From Myxococcales bacterium (GTDB lineage: Bacteria > Myxococcota_A > Polyangia > Polyangiales > Houyiibacteriaceae): a stretch of DNA of 64,000 nt. The stretch is taken from NCBI GenBank assembly GCA_029863605.1, contig JAOTVB010000001.1, forward strand, positions 160,187 to 224,186, written 5' to 3'. This document shows positions 54,513 to 62,786 of this stretch, piece after piece; position 1 is the stretch's first letter; each line of letters opens with the position of its first letter. Position numbers and translations under genes: made by a program. The notes beneath the pieces are model-generated. The model did not search any database and was not told the origin of the DNA. It was given only the letters and a program-made list of their open reading frames with translations.

Positions 54513-55196
54513 TCAGGACCGTGGGTTGAGCCAGGTGTAGCTGGCGCGCAGGACTTCTTGGCCGCCTTCGAGGATGGGGTCGCCGTGGGCGAGTGCGATC
54601 TTGTCGATGGGGTGCTCGAGGATGGCATCGATGCTCTTGCGTCCCGCGCGCTTGTCTCGGAACGCGAACCGCAGAGCGCGACTCAGCCCGGGCTTGCCGA
54701 GGACCCCGTTGACTTTGAGATAGGTGCGCGTGAACCAATGGTCTGACGTTTTGAAGTTCTCGATCAGGTCGGAACAGAGGAGCGTGCCGGAAGGATGGTG
54801 TACGAACGCGGTCTCGTTCAGGATGGTGCCGTCGATCGGCATGGCTTCGAGCTCACCGCGCCAGCTTGGGTCTGCAGAGGCGCCGAGGATCGCATCTGCG
54901 CGCAAGTCCGGGCGCTTCTTCTCGAGCCCGGGCGCAAGGTGCACCTTGGCCAAAGGATAGAGCTCGCTCGCCGGCTTTGCGTACACGTGATGAAAGAGAT
55001 TGGGAGCGACGATATGCCCGACAGGCCCGAGGGCATCGATGTCAGCCTTCATCGTATCGTCGATCGCGATTGGCGAATGCATGAAGAGCGTGCCGTCGCC
55101 CAAACGGACGATCGTCATACGCGCGCCAAACTGCAGGCCGTAGAAACTCTTGGGAGTGTCGGCGACCCAGACGTTGTCGGTGAGTTGGTTGAGCAT
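54513..55196 (-). CDS. DUF4336 domain-containing (MBL-fold-like) protein
   Basis: MLNQLTDNVWVADTPKSFYGLQFGARMTIVRLGDGTLFMHSPIAIDDTMKADIDALGPVGHIVAPNLFHH… follows the DUF4336 pattern (from memory). Confidence 0.75.
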   Translation of the reverse strand: MLNQLTDNVWVADTPKSFYGLQFGARMTIVRLGDGTLFMHSPIAIDDTMKADIDALGPVGHIVAPNLFHHVYAKPASELYPLAKVHLAPGLEKKRPDLRADAILGASADPSWRGELEAMPIDGTILNETAFVHHPSGTLLCSDLIENFKTSDHWFTRTYLKVNGVLGKPGLSRALRFAFRDKRAGRKSIDAILEHPIDKIALAHGDPILEGGQEVLRASYTWLNPRS

Positions 55197-55346
55197 GGGA
55201 CGGGTATAGGGTCGTTGGGGGGCGGCTGGCTAGGCCCTGATTCGAGCTGTGAACCGATCCACAACCGAAAAAGAGAAACCAGCTTCGCGGCGGTCCTTAC
55301 CTGGATCTACCTCGAGCACATTAGGTAGTGTTGGTCCTAGGGCCAT

Positions 55347-55679
55347 ATGAACGAAACACTCTTGGTGCTCTATTTCCCCGTTTGGATTGCCTGCGTGATT
55401 GGAACGTGGCTCTTCTTCAGAGGACGGGATCCGGCATTCAAGAAGCGTTGGTATCGCCACGCGTACGCGTTCAACATCACTGTCATCGGCGGCATGATCG
55501 TTCTGATGACGATTCCGCACTGGGAAGCATTCGTGATTTTCACTGCGGCGGTCCTGTTCTTCATGTGGATTGCCCTCTTTCGGACTCGCATCTGCCCCAG
55601 TTGCGGGAAGGTCTGCCAGCCAGAGTACCTGATCACCCCGCAGAAGTTTTGCAGCAAGTGCGGGGCTGCCTTGGATTGA
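55347..55679 (+). CDS. small membrane protein with C-terminal zinc-ribbon
   Basis: Three hydrophobic helices, then CPSCGKVCQPEYLITPQKFCSKCG. The gene is visibly lower in GC (~53 % by eye) than its surroundings. Confidence 0.5.
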   Translation: MNETLLVLYFPVWIACVIGTWLFFRGRDPAFKKRWYRHAYAFNITVIGGMIVLMTIPHWEAFVIFTAAVLFFMWIALFRTRICPSCGKVCQPEYLITPQKFCSKCGAALD

Positions 55680-55710
55680 AAAGCAGCCCCAACCGACGAT
55701 GATCAATCCC

Positions 55711-55830
55711 TCAGCCGACCCAAAACGCTTTGCTTCCTACGAGCGTGAGCTTGCCCATCAGGAACGCGAGGCCGGCGATCATGACGCCGTTGAGGATTCC
55801 GCCGACGTGGGCGGGGACCCAGCCGTTGCA
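55711..55830 (-). pseudogene. possible 3' remnant of a membrane-protein gene
   Basis: Only the last ~39 codons (…CNGWVPAHVGGILNGVMIAGLAFLMGKLTLVGSKAFWVG*) show coding-like GC3. The upstream part of ORF 55711..55995 has A-rich third positions and overlaps the plus-strand gene at 55905. Confidence 0.25.
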
Positions 55831-55904
55831 TTCTTTGTTCGATCGCTGGGTTGCGGCATATCCTTGACGCCAACCTGAGAGGGGTTGTTGGGAGAGGCAG
55901 AAGC

Positions 55905-56180
55905 ATGACGCAGCAATTCGGCGGGAAACCGTCTCACGTCCCCGGTATCGTCTTGTTTCTGACGCTCTGGATCTTATCGCTGGCGTTTGCGGCACCCGTG
56001 TTTGTCGACTTCCGCAGGACCGGCGATCTCAAGCTGGCCGGGAGCCCCCTCGAGGGAGTGGAGGCGGTCGTGGTCGCGACGATTCTCGTCTTGATCCCCG
56101 TCACGATGCTTGCCCTGGCACTGCAGCGCATCCATCGCTACTTCCGCGACGCCCGCCGGAACGGGCCACCCGGCGAGTGA
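55905..56180 (+). CDS. small two-TM membrane protein
   Basis: ATG 55905 is preceded by gggagagg. MTQQFGGKPSHVPGIVLFLTLWILSLAFAAPVFV…VVVATILVLIPVTMLALAL. High GC3. Confidence 0.5.
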   Translation: MTQQFGGKPSHVPGIVLFLTLWILSLAFAAPVFVDFRRTGDLKLAGSPLEGVEAVVVATILVLIPVTMLALALQRIHRYFRDARRNGPPGE

Positions 56181-56468
56181 GGTGACCAGTCCTGCCGCCA
56201 GCGTGATATCCGAGCGGAGGAAGCCCGAACGACAGCCGGAGACCTCGATGTTTGCGGGGTAGGAAACGGTCGGTTCCTGCAAGAACGACTCGGTCCCATT
56301 GAGCACGATGAGCCCATCGTCGCTGTAGTTCACGTACTCGATCGACACCCCGGCGCTTAAGCCGGTGCCTAGGACGTCCACACGCGCCTCCCCGAATACC
56401 TGTCCCGGTACGACATGGAGCCCAAGGTCACGGGCCGGCTGCCCAACGACAGCCCGAGTGTGCTGCAT
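56181..56468 (-). pseudogene. possible remnant of a beta-rich protein gene
   Basis: …DVLGTGLSAGVSIEYVNYSDDGLIVLNGTESFLQEPTVSYPANIEVSGCRSGFLRSDITL has coding-like GC3. However, the ORF continues antisense through the 55905..56180 gene and overlaps the DUF3604 ORF start. Confidence 0.3.
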
Positions 56469-58454
56469 GCGCGAATTGAGTTGCTAGCAAAGAAGCGAAA
56501 GGAATACCGTCGTGGAGTGTCGAATCGTCCGCTTATCGTCTTTGCGAACATTGTAGTACTCGTTTTCTTCATTCTGGTCAGCTGCACAGAAGAGAGCACC
56601 AATGCAGAGCCAGATCCCGTGGTCGGACGGTGCGCCGACATTGAACCGCTTCGCAAGCCGCTCTTCGGCGATACGCACGTTCACACGACGCTGTCTCACG
56701 ACGCGAACATTACCGGAACACGCCTGGGGCCCGAGGGCGCGTACCGTTATGCGCGCGGCGAACCGGTGGGAATCCAACCTTTCGACGAAGAGGGAAATGC
56801 AACGCGTACAATTCAACGCTCGCGACCACTCGATTTCGTGGTGGTTTCGGATCACGCCGACTTCTTCGGCACGGTAGTCCAGTGCACTGACCCGACGGCC
56901 CCCGGATATGACGACCCCGTGTGTGAGATCTTTCGGGGCGATCCGGTCTCGGCGTTCGCTAACATCGGTATTTTCTTGTCTGCCCCTCCAGAGGCCGCCA
57001 GCTACCCCTCGCTGTGCGGTTCGGACGGTTCGATCTGCATTGAAGCGGGCTTGGACGTGTGGCAATCCTCGATCGACGCTGCGAACGCCGCCAACGACTC
57101 TTCCGACGCGTGCGAGTTTACAGCGCTCGTCGGATACGAATGGACCGGCAATCCGGTATCGAACAACCTGCATCGCAACGTGATCTTTCGCGGCGGTAAC
57201 GTCCCTGAGAGAGCGGTCGGCTACTTTGATGAGCCCTTTATCGAGGGGCTCTGGGAACGCCTTCGAACGGAATGCATTGAAGGCATCGACGGCTGCGAGG
57301 TTCTGACGATTCCGCACAACCCCAATCTGTCCTCGGGGACGTTCTTCGAGCCGATCGATCGCAACGGTCAACCGATCGACGCGGCCTACGCCAACGAGCG
57401 CGCGTTCATGGAGCCCCTGATCGAGATTTATCAGCACAAAGGAGAGTCGGAGTGCCTGCCAGGCCAGAGCAGCTCAGACGAGCTATGTGGCTTCGAGAAA
57501 CTTCCATTCACGAATTTTACGGACATCGCGCTGAACATTTTCCACGATCCGTCTCCCAAGGACTTCATCCGACAAGCTCTCGGAGAGGGAATGAGGCTCG
57601 AGGGCGTTCTCGGAGCAAACCCCTTCAAGCATGGAATCGTTGCGAGCACCGACACGCACATCGCAGCTCCTGGCAGCGCGGATGAGCGAAACTACCCAGG
57701 ACACTCGAACGTTGGGGCCGGTGCGTCGTCCGACGCGCTACCACCGGGACTTCTCGACAATCCGTACAACAGCGCGGGCGGGCTGGCCGTTGTCTGGGCC
57801 GTCGAGAACTCACGTGAGGCAATCTTTGATGCGATGCGACGACGAGAGGCGTATGGAACCAGCGGGCCCCAGATCGTCGTTCGGTTCTTCGGCGGTTGGG
57901 ACCTTCCGGCTGACATGTGTGATCGCCCCGATTTCGCAGAGATCGGCTACGAGAGTGGCGTTCCGATGGGTGGCGACCTGAGCGAGCTCCCAGGAGCCAA
58001 CGCAGCGCCCGTTTTCTCGGTCTCCGGCCGACGAGATCTGGGCACACCCGAACAGCCGGGAACAGCGCTTCAGCGCCTTCAGGTCGTAAAGGGCTGGATC
58101 GACCCAGCGGGGGAGTTTCAAGCGCAGGTGTTCGACGTGGCAGGAAACCCAGACAATGGCGCAACCGTCAACGTCGACACGTGTGACCCTGACGCCGGAA
58201 CGGGCGGTTTCGATGAACTGTGCGCGACCTGGACCGATCCTAGTTTTGATCCCGAGCAGCCCGCCTATTACTACGCACGAGTGATCGAGAACCCCACCTG
58301 TCGTTGGAGCCAGTACGCCTGCAACGCCGCCGGCGTCGATTGCGGCGATCCCGCCACGGTGACCGAAGGCTTTGAGGGCTGCTGCGACACCAACGTTCCT
58401 CAGGCCGTCCAGGAGCGCGCGTGGACATCCCCGATCTGGTATTCGCCCAGTTGA
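56415..58454 (+). CDS. DUF3604 domain-containing (PHP-like metal-dependent hydrolase fold) lipoprotein
   Basis: LFGDTHVHTTLSHDA and LDFVVVSDHADFFG are DUF3604 hallmarks. The likely true start is TTG 56481 (LLAKKRKEYRRGVSNRPLIVFANIVVLVFFILVSC, a signal peptide plus lipobox). Confidence 0.85.
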   Translation: MEPKVTGRLPNDSPSVLHARIELLAKKRKEYRRGVSNRPLIVFANIVVLVFFILVSCTEESTNAEPDPVVGRCADIEPLRKPLFGDTHVHTTLSHDANITGTRLGPEGAYRYARGEPVGIQPFDEEGNATRTIQRSRPLDFVVVSDHADFFGTVVQCTDPTAPGYDDPVCEIFRGDPVSAFANIGIFLSAPPEAASYPSLCGSDGSICIEAGLDVWQSSIDAANAANDSSDACEFTALVGYEWTGNPVSNNLHRNVIFRGGNVPERAVGYFDEPFIEGLWERLRTECIEGIDGCEVLTIPHNPNLSSGTFFEPIDRNGQPIDAAYANERAFMEPLIEIYQHKGESECLPGQSSSDELCGFEKLPFTNFTDIALNIFHDPSPKDFIRQALGEGMRLEGVLGANPFKHGIVASTDTHIAAPGSADERNYPGHSNVGAGASSDALPPGLLDNPYNSAGGLAVVWAVENSREAIFDAMRRREAYGTSGPQIVVRFFGGWDLPADMCDRPDFAEIGYESGVPMGGDLSELPGANAAPVFSVSGRRDLGTPEQPGTALQRLQVVKGWIDPAGEFQAQVFDVAGNPDNGATVNVDTCDPDAGTGGFDELCATWTDPSFDPEQPAYYYARVIENPTCRWSQYACNAAGVDCGDPATVTEGFEGCCDTNVPQAVQERAWTSPIWYSPS

Positions 58455-58497
58455 CATACGAACTACTCCACGGACGAGAACAGACCTTGGCAAGCGC

Positions 58498-60114
58498 ATG
58501 GACTACGACGTCATCATCATCGGTAGCGGCTTCGGCGGGAGCGTCCCCGCGCTTCGTTTGACTGAAAAAGGCTACCGAGTCGTGGTGCTCGAGCAAGGGC
58601 GGAGTGTCTCGCCTGACGACATGCGGGCAGCCGATCGGAGCATGCGGAAGCTGTTTTGGATCCCTCAGCTCGGCTTTCACGGTTTTTTCGTTCAGCACAT
58701 CTTCAGGCATGTCGGCATTGTGGGCGGCGTCGGCGTCGGCGGAGGAAGCTTGGTCTACGCGGCGGTGTTGTTGAAGCCCGGCGACGCGTTTTTTGAAGAC
58801 CGTGCCTGGGCGGGTCTCGGGGTCGATTGGAAAGAAGAGCTCTCCCCGCATTACGCCACTGCCGAAGCGATGCTGGGACGAACGCCCAACCCCGACTACG
58901 GCAAGATGGACGATTGGCTGCGCGCAACCGCCGAAGCAATGGGGGCAGGTGAAACGTTTGGCCCCGTCCCGCAGGGGATCTACTTCGGGGAAGCAGGCGA
59001 GACCAAACCTGACCCGTTTTTCGACGGCGCGGGCCCGGCGCGAACCGGCTGCACGCGTTGCGGAGGATGCCTGACCGGCTGCGCCGACGGCGCGAAGAAC
59101 AGCCTCGACAAGAACTACCTCTATTTGGCGCGGAAGCTCGGGGCCGAGGTTCTGTCGGAGCGAAAGGTGGTTTCAATCCGGCCACTCGAAGGGGGCGGCT
59201 ACGAAATTCAAACCGTGAACCCGCTGCGTCGGGGACAGGATCATCCACCGCTTCGTGCGCGGCGCGTGATCGTATCCGCCGGGGTGGTTGGGACCCTTGA
59301 TCTACTGTTCAAATGCCGGGACGAGCTCGGAACCCTTCCCGAGATCTCGTCGAGGCTGGGTGACGTGGTGCGAACCAACAGCGAAGCGATCGTGTCTGCG
59401 CTCTCACCAAACCCCGATGATGACCTCACGTACGGTGCCGCGATCTCCTCGCATTTCCACGCCAACGCGCACACCCACATCACGCAGAACCGTTTTCCAC
59501 CAGGTTACGACTTCATGCGGTGGTACATGGGACCGCTCATCGATGGCCCAAAGGCTTTCGGCCGCGCCATTCGCACGATCGTCGCCATCGTGTTGCACCC
59601 GATCCGAATGCTCCGGGCACTGTTCGCACGCAATTGGCACAAGCGGATCACCGTGTTGACCGTGATGCAAAATCTCGACAGCCAAATCGCGTTTCGCCGA
59701 GGCCGGCGACTGCTTTGGCCCTTCAAGCCTGCGCTGCACTCCACGGTAGGCCCAGGTGGCGGCACGCCAGCATACATCCCCGAGGCCAACGAGGCCGCCC
59801 GCAAGCTCGCCGAGCACATCGGCGGAACCGCCCACAACAACGTGCTCGAAAGCGTTGGAAACCTGTCGGTCACCGCTCATATCCTCGGCGGATGCGCGAT
59901 GGCCGCAACGCCCGACATCGGCGTGGTCGACATCGACCACCAGGTGTTCGGCTACCCGGGACTCTTCGTAAGCGATGCTTCCGCGATCCCGGCCAACGTT
60001 GGCGTCAATCCCGCGCTGACGATCACCGCCCTTGCCGAACGCTTCAGCTCGCGCTTTCCAGCGAAGGACGGAAGATCGGCCCCGGTGCGAAAATCGCCGG
60101 CGACGCGCACGTGA
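58498..60114 (+). CDS. GMC family oxidoreductase, ChoD-like (putative cholesterol/3-beta-hydroxysteroid oxidase type)
   Basis: ATG 58498: MDYDVIIIGSGFGGSVPALRLTEKGYRVVVLEQGR is an FAD GxGxxG. GVGGGSLVYAAV, GAGPARTGCTRCGGCLTGCADGAKNSLDKNYL, RTNSEAIV, LTAHILGGC and GVNPALTITALAERF run colinear with mycobacterial ChoD as I remember it. Confidence 0.85.
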   Translation: MDYDVIIIGSGFGGSVPALRLTEKGYRVVVLEQGRSVSPDDMRAADRSMRKLFWIPQLGFHGFFVQHIFRHVGIVGGVGVGGGSLVYAAVLLKPGDAFFEDRAWAGLGVDWKEELSPHYATAEAMLGRTPNPDYGKMDDWLRATAEAMGAGETFGPVPQGIYFGEAGETKPDPFFDGAGPARTGCTRCGGCLTGCADGAKNSLDKNYLYLARKLGAEVLSERKVVSIRPLEGGGYEIQTVNPLRRGQDHPPLRARRVIVSAGVVGTLDLLFKCRDELGTLPEISSRLGDVVRTNSEAIVSALSPNPDDDLTYGAAISSHFHANAHTHITQNRFPPGYDFMRWYMGPLIDGPKAFGRAIRTIVAIVLHPIRMLRALFARNWHKRITVLTVMQNLDSQIAFRRGRRLLWPFKPALHSTVGPGGGTPAYIPEANEAARKLAEHIGGTAHNNVLESVGNLSVTAHILGGCAMAATPDIGVVDIDHQVFGYPGLFVSDASAIPANVGVNPALTITALAERFSSRFPAKDGRSAPVRKSPATRT

Positions 60115-60330
60115 CCCTGTGCCGGTGCCAGGTCCCACACGGTCCTCAACGCCCTGGGCGCAGCGCTCGCACTGATCAACTGGCCAATCGAAATCGACGT
60201 TGACGCTGCCTAGCACCGCCTACGTCGGCTTGCTGTGAAGGGAACCTCGTCGTGTCCGGCGTGGCACGCGATGGCACACCCGCATACCCTTGCATACCCT
60301 GGAAATGCTGGAGTTTCGCGGTTCCCGCGT

Positions 60331-60345
60331 TGGCATCGATGTTGC
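60331..60345 (+). promoter_or_regulatory. candidate sigma-54 promoter (-24 TGGCAT / -12 TTGC)
   Basis: TGGCAT cgatg TTGC lies 37 nt upstream of ATG 60382. It has the same box sequences as 23555-23569. Confidence 0.6.
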
Positions 60346-60381
60346 TTTAAGGGTAGTTGTCTCTTGTCCAGCGAGGACGAC

Positions 60382-61431
60382 ATGAAACGAGTTTGCCTAG
60401 CCATCATCGCTGTCACGGTGGGCCTTTGGGGTTGTGGCGGGGCCGGGGAAGCTCTCGGCACCGAGGGGTTCATCTGCAGCATCGAGGGGAACACCTACAC
60501 GCTCAAAGAGGCGGCTGAAGGGGGACACGAGGCCCGGCACCGCGGTCGATGCGACGATCCGATGTACTGCGAGGCGCCGACCGATTGCTTCGTCGGTGAC
60601 CGGTGTATGCCGACGGTCGCCCCGGCAGACGAAGGGGGAGCAGGGTTGCTTGCGAATGAACCCGTCCCGCACTGGTGTGTTCCTGGCCCTACGCACTGCA
60701 ACTGTCCCACCGTGTACCAACCGGTCTGCGGCACGGATGGCCGCAACTACGTAAGCGCGTGTGAAGCCGCCTGCGCCGGGGTAAGCATTGCGCACGAAGG
60801 GTATTGCGAGGAACCGCCTGGAGCTGCCTGCGTCCGCGGTGGATGCAGCGGGCAACTCTGCGTCGAAGAGGGTATGGACATCGCCAGCACGTGCGAGTGG
60901 CGCCCCGTGTACCAGTGCTACCAAGAAGCCACTTGTGAGCGTCAGCTCAACGGACAGTGCGGATTCACGCCCACACACGAGCTGGTCGAGTGCCTCGAGC
61001 AGTTCGGCGAGTGCCAAAGCAACGACGACTGCCCGGGCCGCTTGATCTGCTACCCGCCGACCAAGACCTGCCAGCCGAGCTGCGAGATCTACTGCTTCCG
61101 GTATGACCCGGTGTGCGGGACGGACGGCGTCACCTACGCTTGTGGCGTCGCCGATGCGCACTGCCATGGCGTCGAGGTCGCGTATGAGGGGGAGTGTATC
61201 CCGGGTCCGATGTGCGGTGGCTTCAACACGGGCACATGCGCAGACCCAAGCCTGAGCTGCGAGTGCTGCCCAATCGGCGGTCCCGCACAGAGCTGTCTCT
61301 GCTCGACGCCCTGCCACAGTGATGACGACTGCACTGATTCGAGCCGGCCGACATGCAACCGGCCCGACTTCGTCGGTTCGACGGGCTTTTGCGCTCCGGC
61401 AGCGTTCCAGTGCTGCTGGTTCTGTTTCTGA
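60382..61431 (+). CDS. lipoprotein with Kazal-type domains and an eight-cysteine module (paralog of 23609..24661)
   Basis: Trimmed to ATG 60382: MKRVCLAIIAVTVGLWGC. Kazal cores: CNCPTVYQPVCGTDGRNYVSACEAACAGVSIAHEGYC and CFRYDPVCGTDGVTYACGVADAHCHGVEVAYEGEC. The N-terminal 60 aa are colinear with protein 23609. Confidence 0.85.
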   Translation: MKRVCLAIIAVTVGLWGCGGAGEALGTEGFICSIEGNTYTLKEAAEGGHEARHRGRCDDPMYCEAPTDCFVGDRCMPTVAPADEGGAGLLANEPVPHWCVPGPTHCNCPTVYQPVCGTDGRNYVSACEAACAGVSIAHEGYCEEPPGAACVRGGCSGQLCVEEGMDIASTCEWRPVYQCYQEATCERQLNGQCGFTPTHELVECLEQFGECQSNDDCPGRLICYPPTKTCQPSCEIYCFRYDPVCGTDGVTYACGVADAHCHGVEVAYEGECIPGPMCGGFNTGTCADPSLSCECCPIGGPAQSCLCSTPCHSDDDCTDSSRPTCNRPDFVGSTGFCAPAAFQCCWFCF

Positions 61432-61432
61432 G

Positions 61433-61846
61433 CTATCCTGGTTTGCTGCCCGAAGCGCCGCTTCGTCCGAAGAGGCCGGAGAAAAAGCCTTCGCCCCGGG
61501 ACTTTCGAAGTAGCCACTGCGCCTTCTTGGTCAACGCCGAACCGGGAAGCGCGCCAACACGCACATCCAAGATCTCGCCGTTGTTCACGAACAGCAACGT
61601 GGGCACCGAGTGGATGTTGAAGGGCTGGGCCAGCGACGGCTGGCTTGCGGTGTTGATCTTAACGAAGCGAATCGGCTCATCTTCGAGCTCGTTGGCTACC
61701 AATTCGAAGTGCGGCGCCATTGCCATGCACGGCCCGCAGGAGGGCGACCAAAAGTCGATGATGGCGGCCCCGCCGTCCTCGCTCATCAGGGCTTCGAGCT
61801 CCTGGCGCGTCGTCAAGTCTTCGATCATAGAAGCTCTGTAGCACAT
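61433..61846 (-). CDS. thioredoxin
   Basis: The WSPSCGPCMAMAP active site (CGPC) and the VPTLLFVNNG cis-Pro loop. A ~35-aa basic/Gly-rich C-terminal tail. Alternative start at ATG 61828. Confidence 0.85.
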   Translation of the reverse strand: MCYRASMIEDLTTRQELEALMSEDGGAAIIDFWSPSCGPCMAMAPHFELVANELEDEPIRFVKINTASQPSLAQPFNIHSVPTLLFVNNGEILDVRVGALPGSALTKKAQWLLRKSRGEGFFSGLFGRSGASGSKPG

Positions 61847-61922
61847 GCGTTTGAGTTACTCTCCGTAGGATGCGATTCAGGTCCCCGGTCACGGCCGAGA
61901 GCGCTAGTCCAAAGGAGACACG

Positions 61923-62753
61923 ATGACCGAGCTGTCCTCCCACCACGTGCCCGTCAACAACCTCCGCATTCACTACCTCGAAGCTGGCTCGGGCCCGCCC
62001 GTCCTGCTCATCCACGGCTTTCCGACGTCCTCGCACCTCTGGCGCAACGTCATGCCGGAGCTCGCCAAGACGCACCGGGTGATCGCGATCGACCTCCCAG
62101 GCTACGGCCTTTCCGACAAGCCGTTGGATGTGAAGTACGACTTCTTCTTTTTCGAGGAGGTGCTCGAGGGGTTTGTCGACGCGCTTGGGATCGGGGAGAC
62201 GGGGCTTGCGGTGCATGACCTTGGAGGGCCCGTGGGGTTGTTTTGGGCATTGCGGCATCCGGAGCGGGTGAGGCAGCTCGTCATTCTGAATACACTCCTC
62301 TACCCGGAGACGTCGTGGGCGGTGAAGCTCTTCCTGATCGCCTTGCGAACGCCGGGGGTGCGCGACTATTTGGTGAGCCAAAAGGGGCTCGTCGCTTCGA
62401 TGAAGTTCGGCGTGGTGCACAAGGGCCGGCTCAACCGCCAAGCGCTTACTCCCTACACGGCGCCTTTCAAAGACGCGCCCGCACGCCAAGCATTGATCAA
62501 GGCAGGCTCCGGCCTCCACATCAAGGGCCTCGCCGAAATCGCCCAAAAGCTACCGACGCTCAAAGCCCCGGTCCGTATCATCTATGCCGAAAACGACCGC
62601 GTCCTCCCTGACATCGCCAAGACCATGGAGCGCGTGAAGCGAGACCTGCCCGGGGCCGAGGTGACGGCGTTGCCCAACTGCGGGCACTTCTTGCAGGAAG
62701 ATGAGCCACAGCGGCTCGGGGAGTTGATGGCGGAGTTCTTCAACCGGCGGTAG
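61923..62753 (+). CDS. alpha/beta-fold hydrolase (haloalkane-dehalogenase/epoxide-hydrolase-like)
   Basis: VLLIHGFPTSSHLWRNV, the nucleophile elbow AVHDLGGPVG and the C-terminal CGHFLQEDEP. Confidence 0.85.
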   Translation: MTELSSHHVPVNNLRIHYLEAGSGPPVLLIHGFPTSSHLWRNVMPELAKTHRVIAIDLPGYGLSDKPLDVKYDFFFFEEVLEGFVDALGIGETGLAVHDLGGPVGLFWALRHPERVRQLVILNTLLYPETSWAVKLFLIALRTPGVRDYLVSQKGLVASMKFGVVHKGRLNRQALTPYTAPFKDAPARQALIKAGSGLHIKGLAEIAQKLPTLKAPVRIIYAENDRVLPDIAKTMERVKRDLPGAEVTALPNCGHFLQEDEPQRLGELMAEFFNRR

Positions 62754-62786
62754 CGGTCGCCAACGGCCTTCCAGCGTCGCCTGCCA

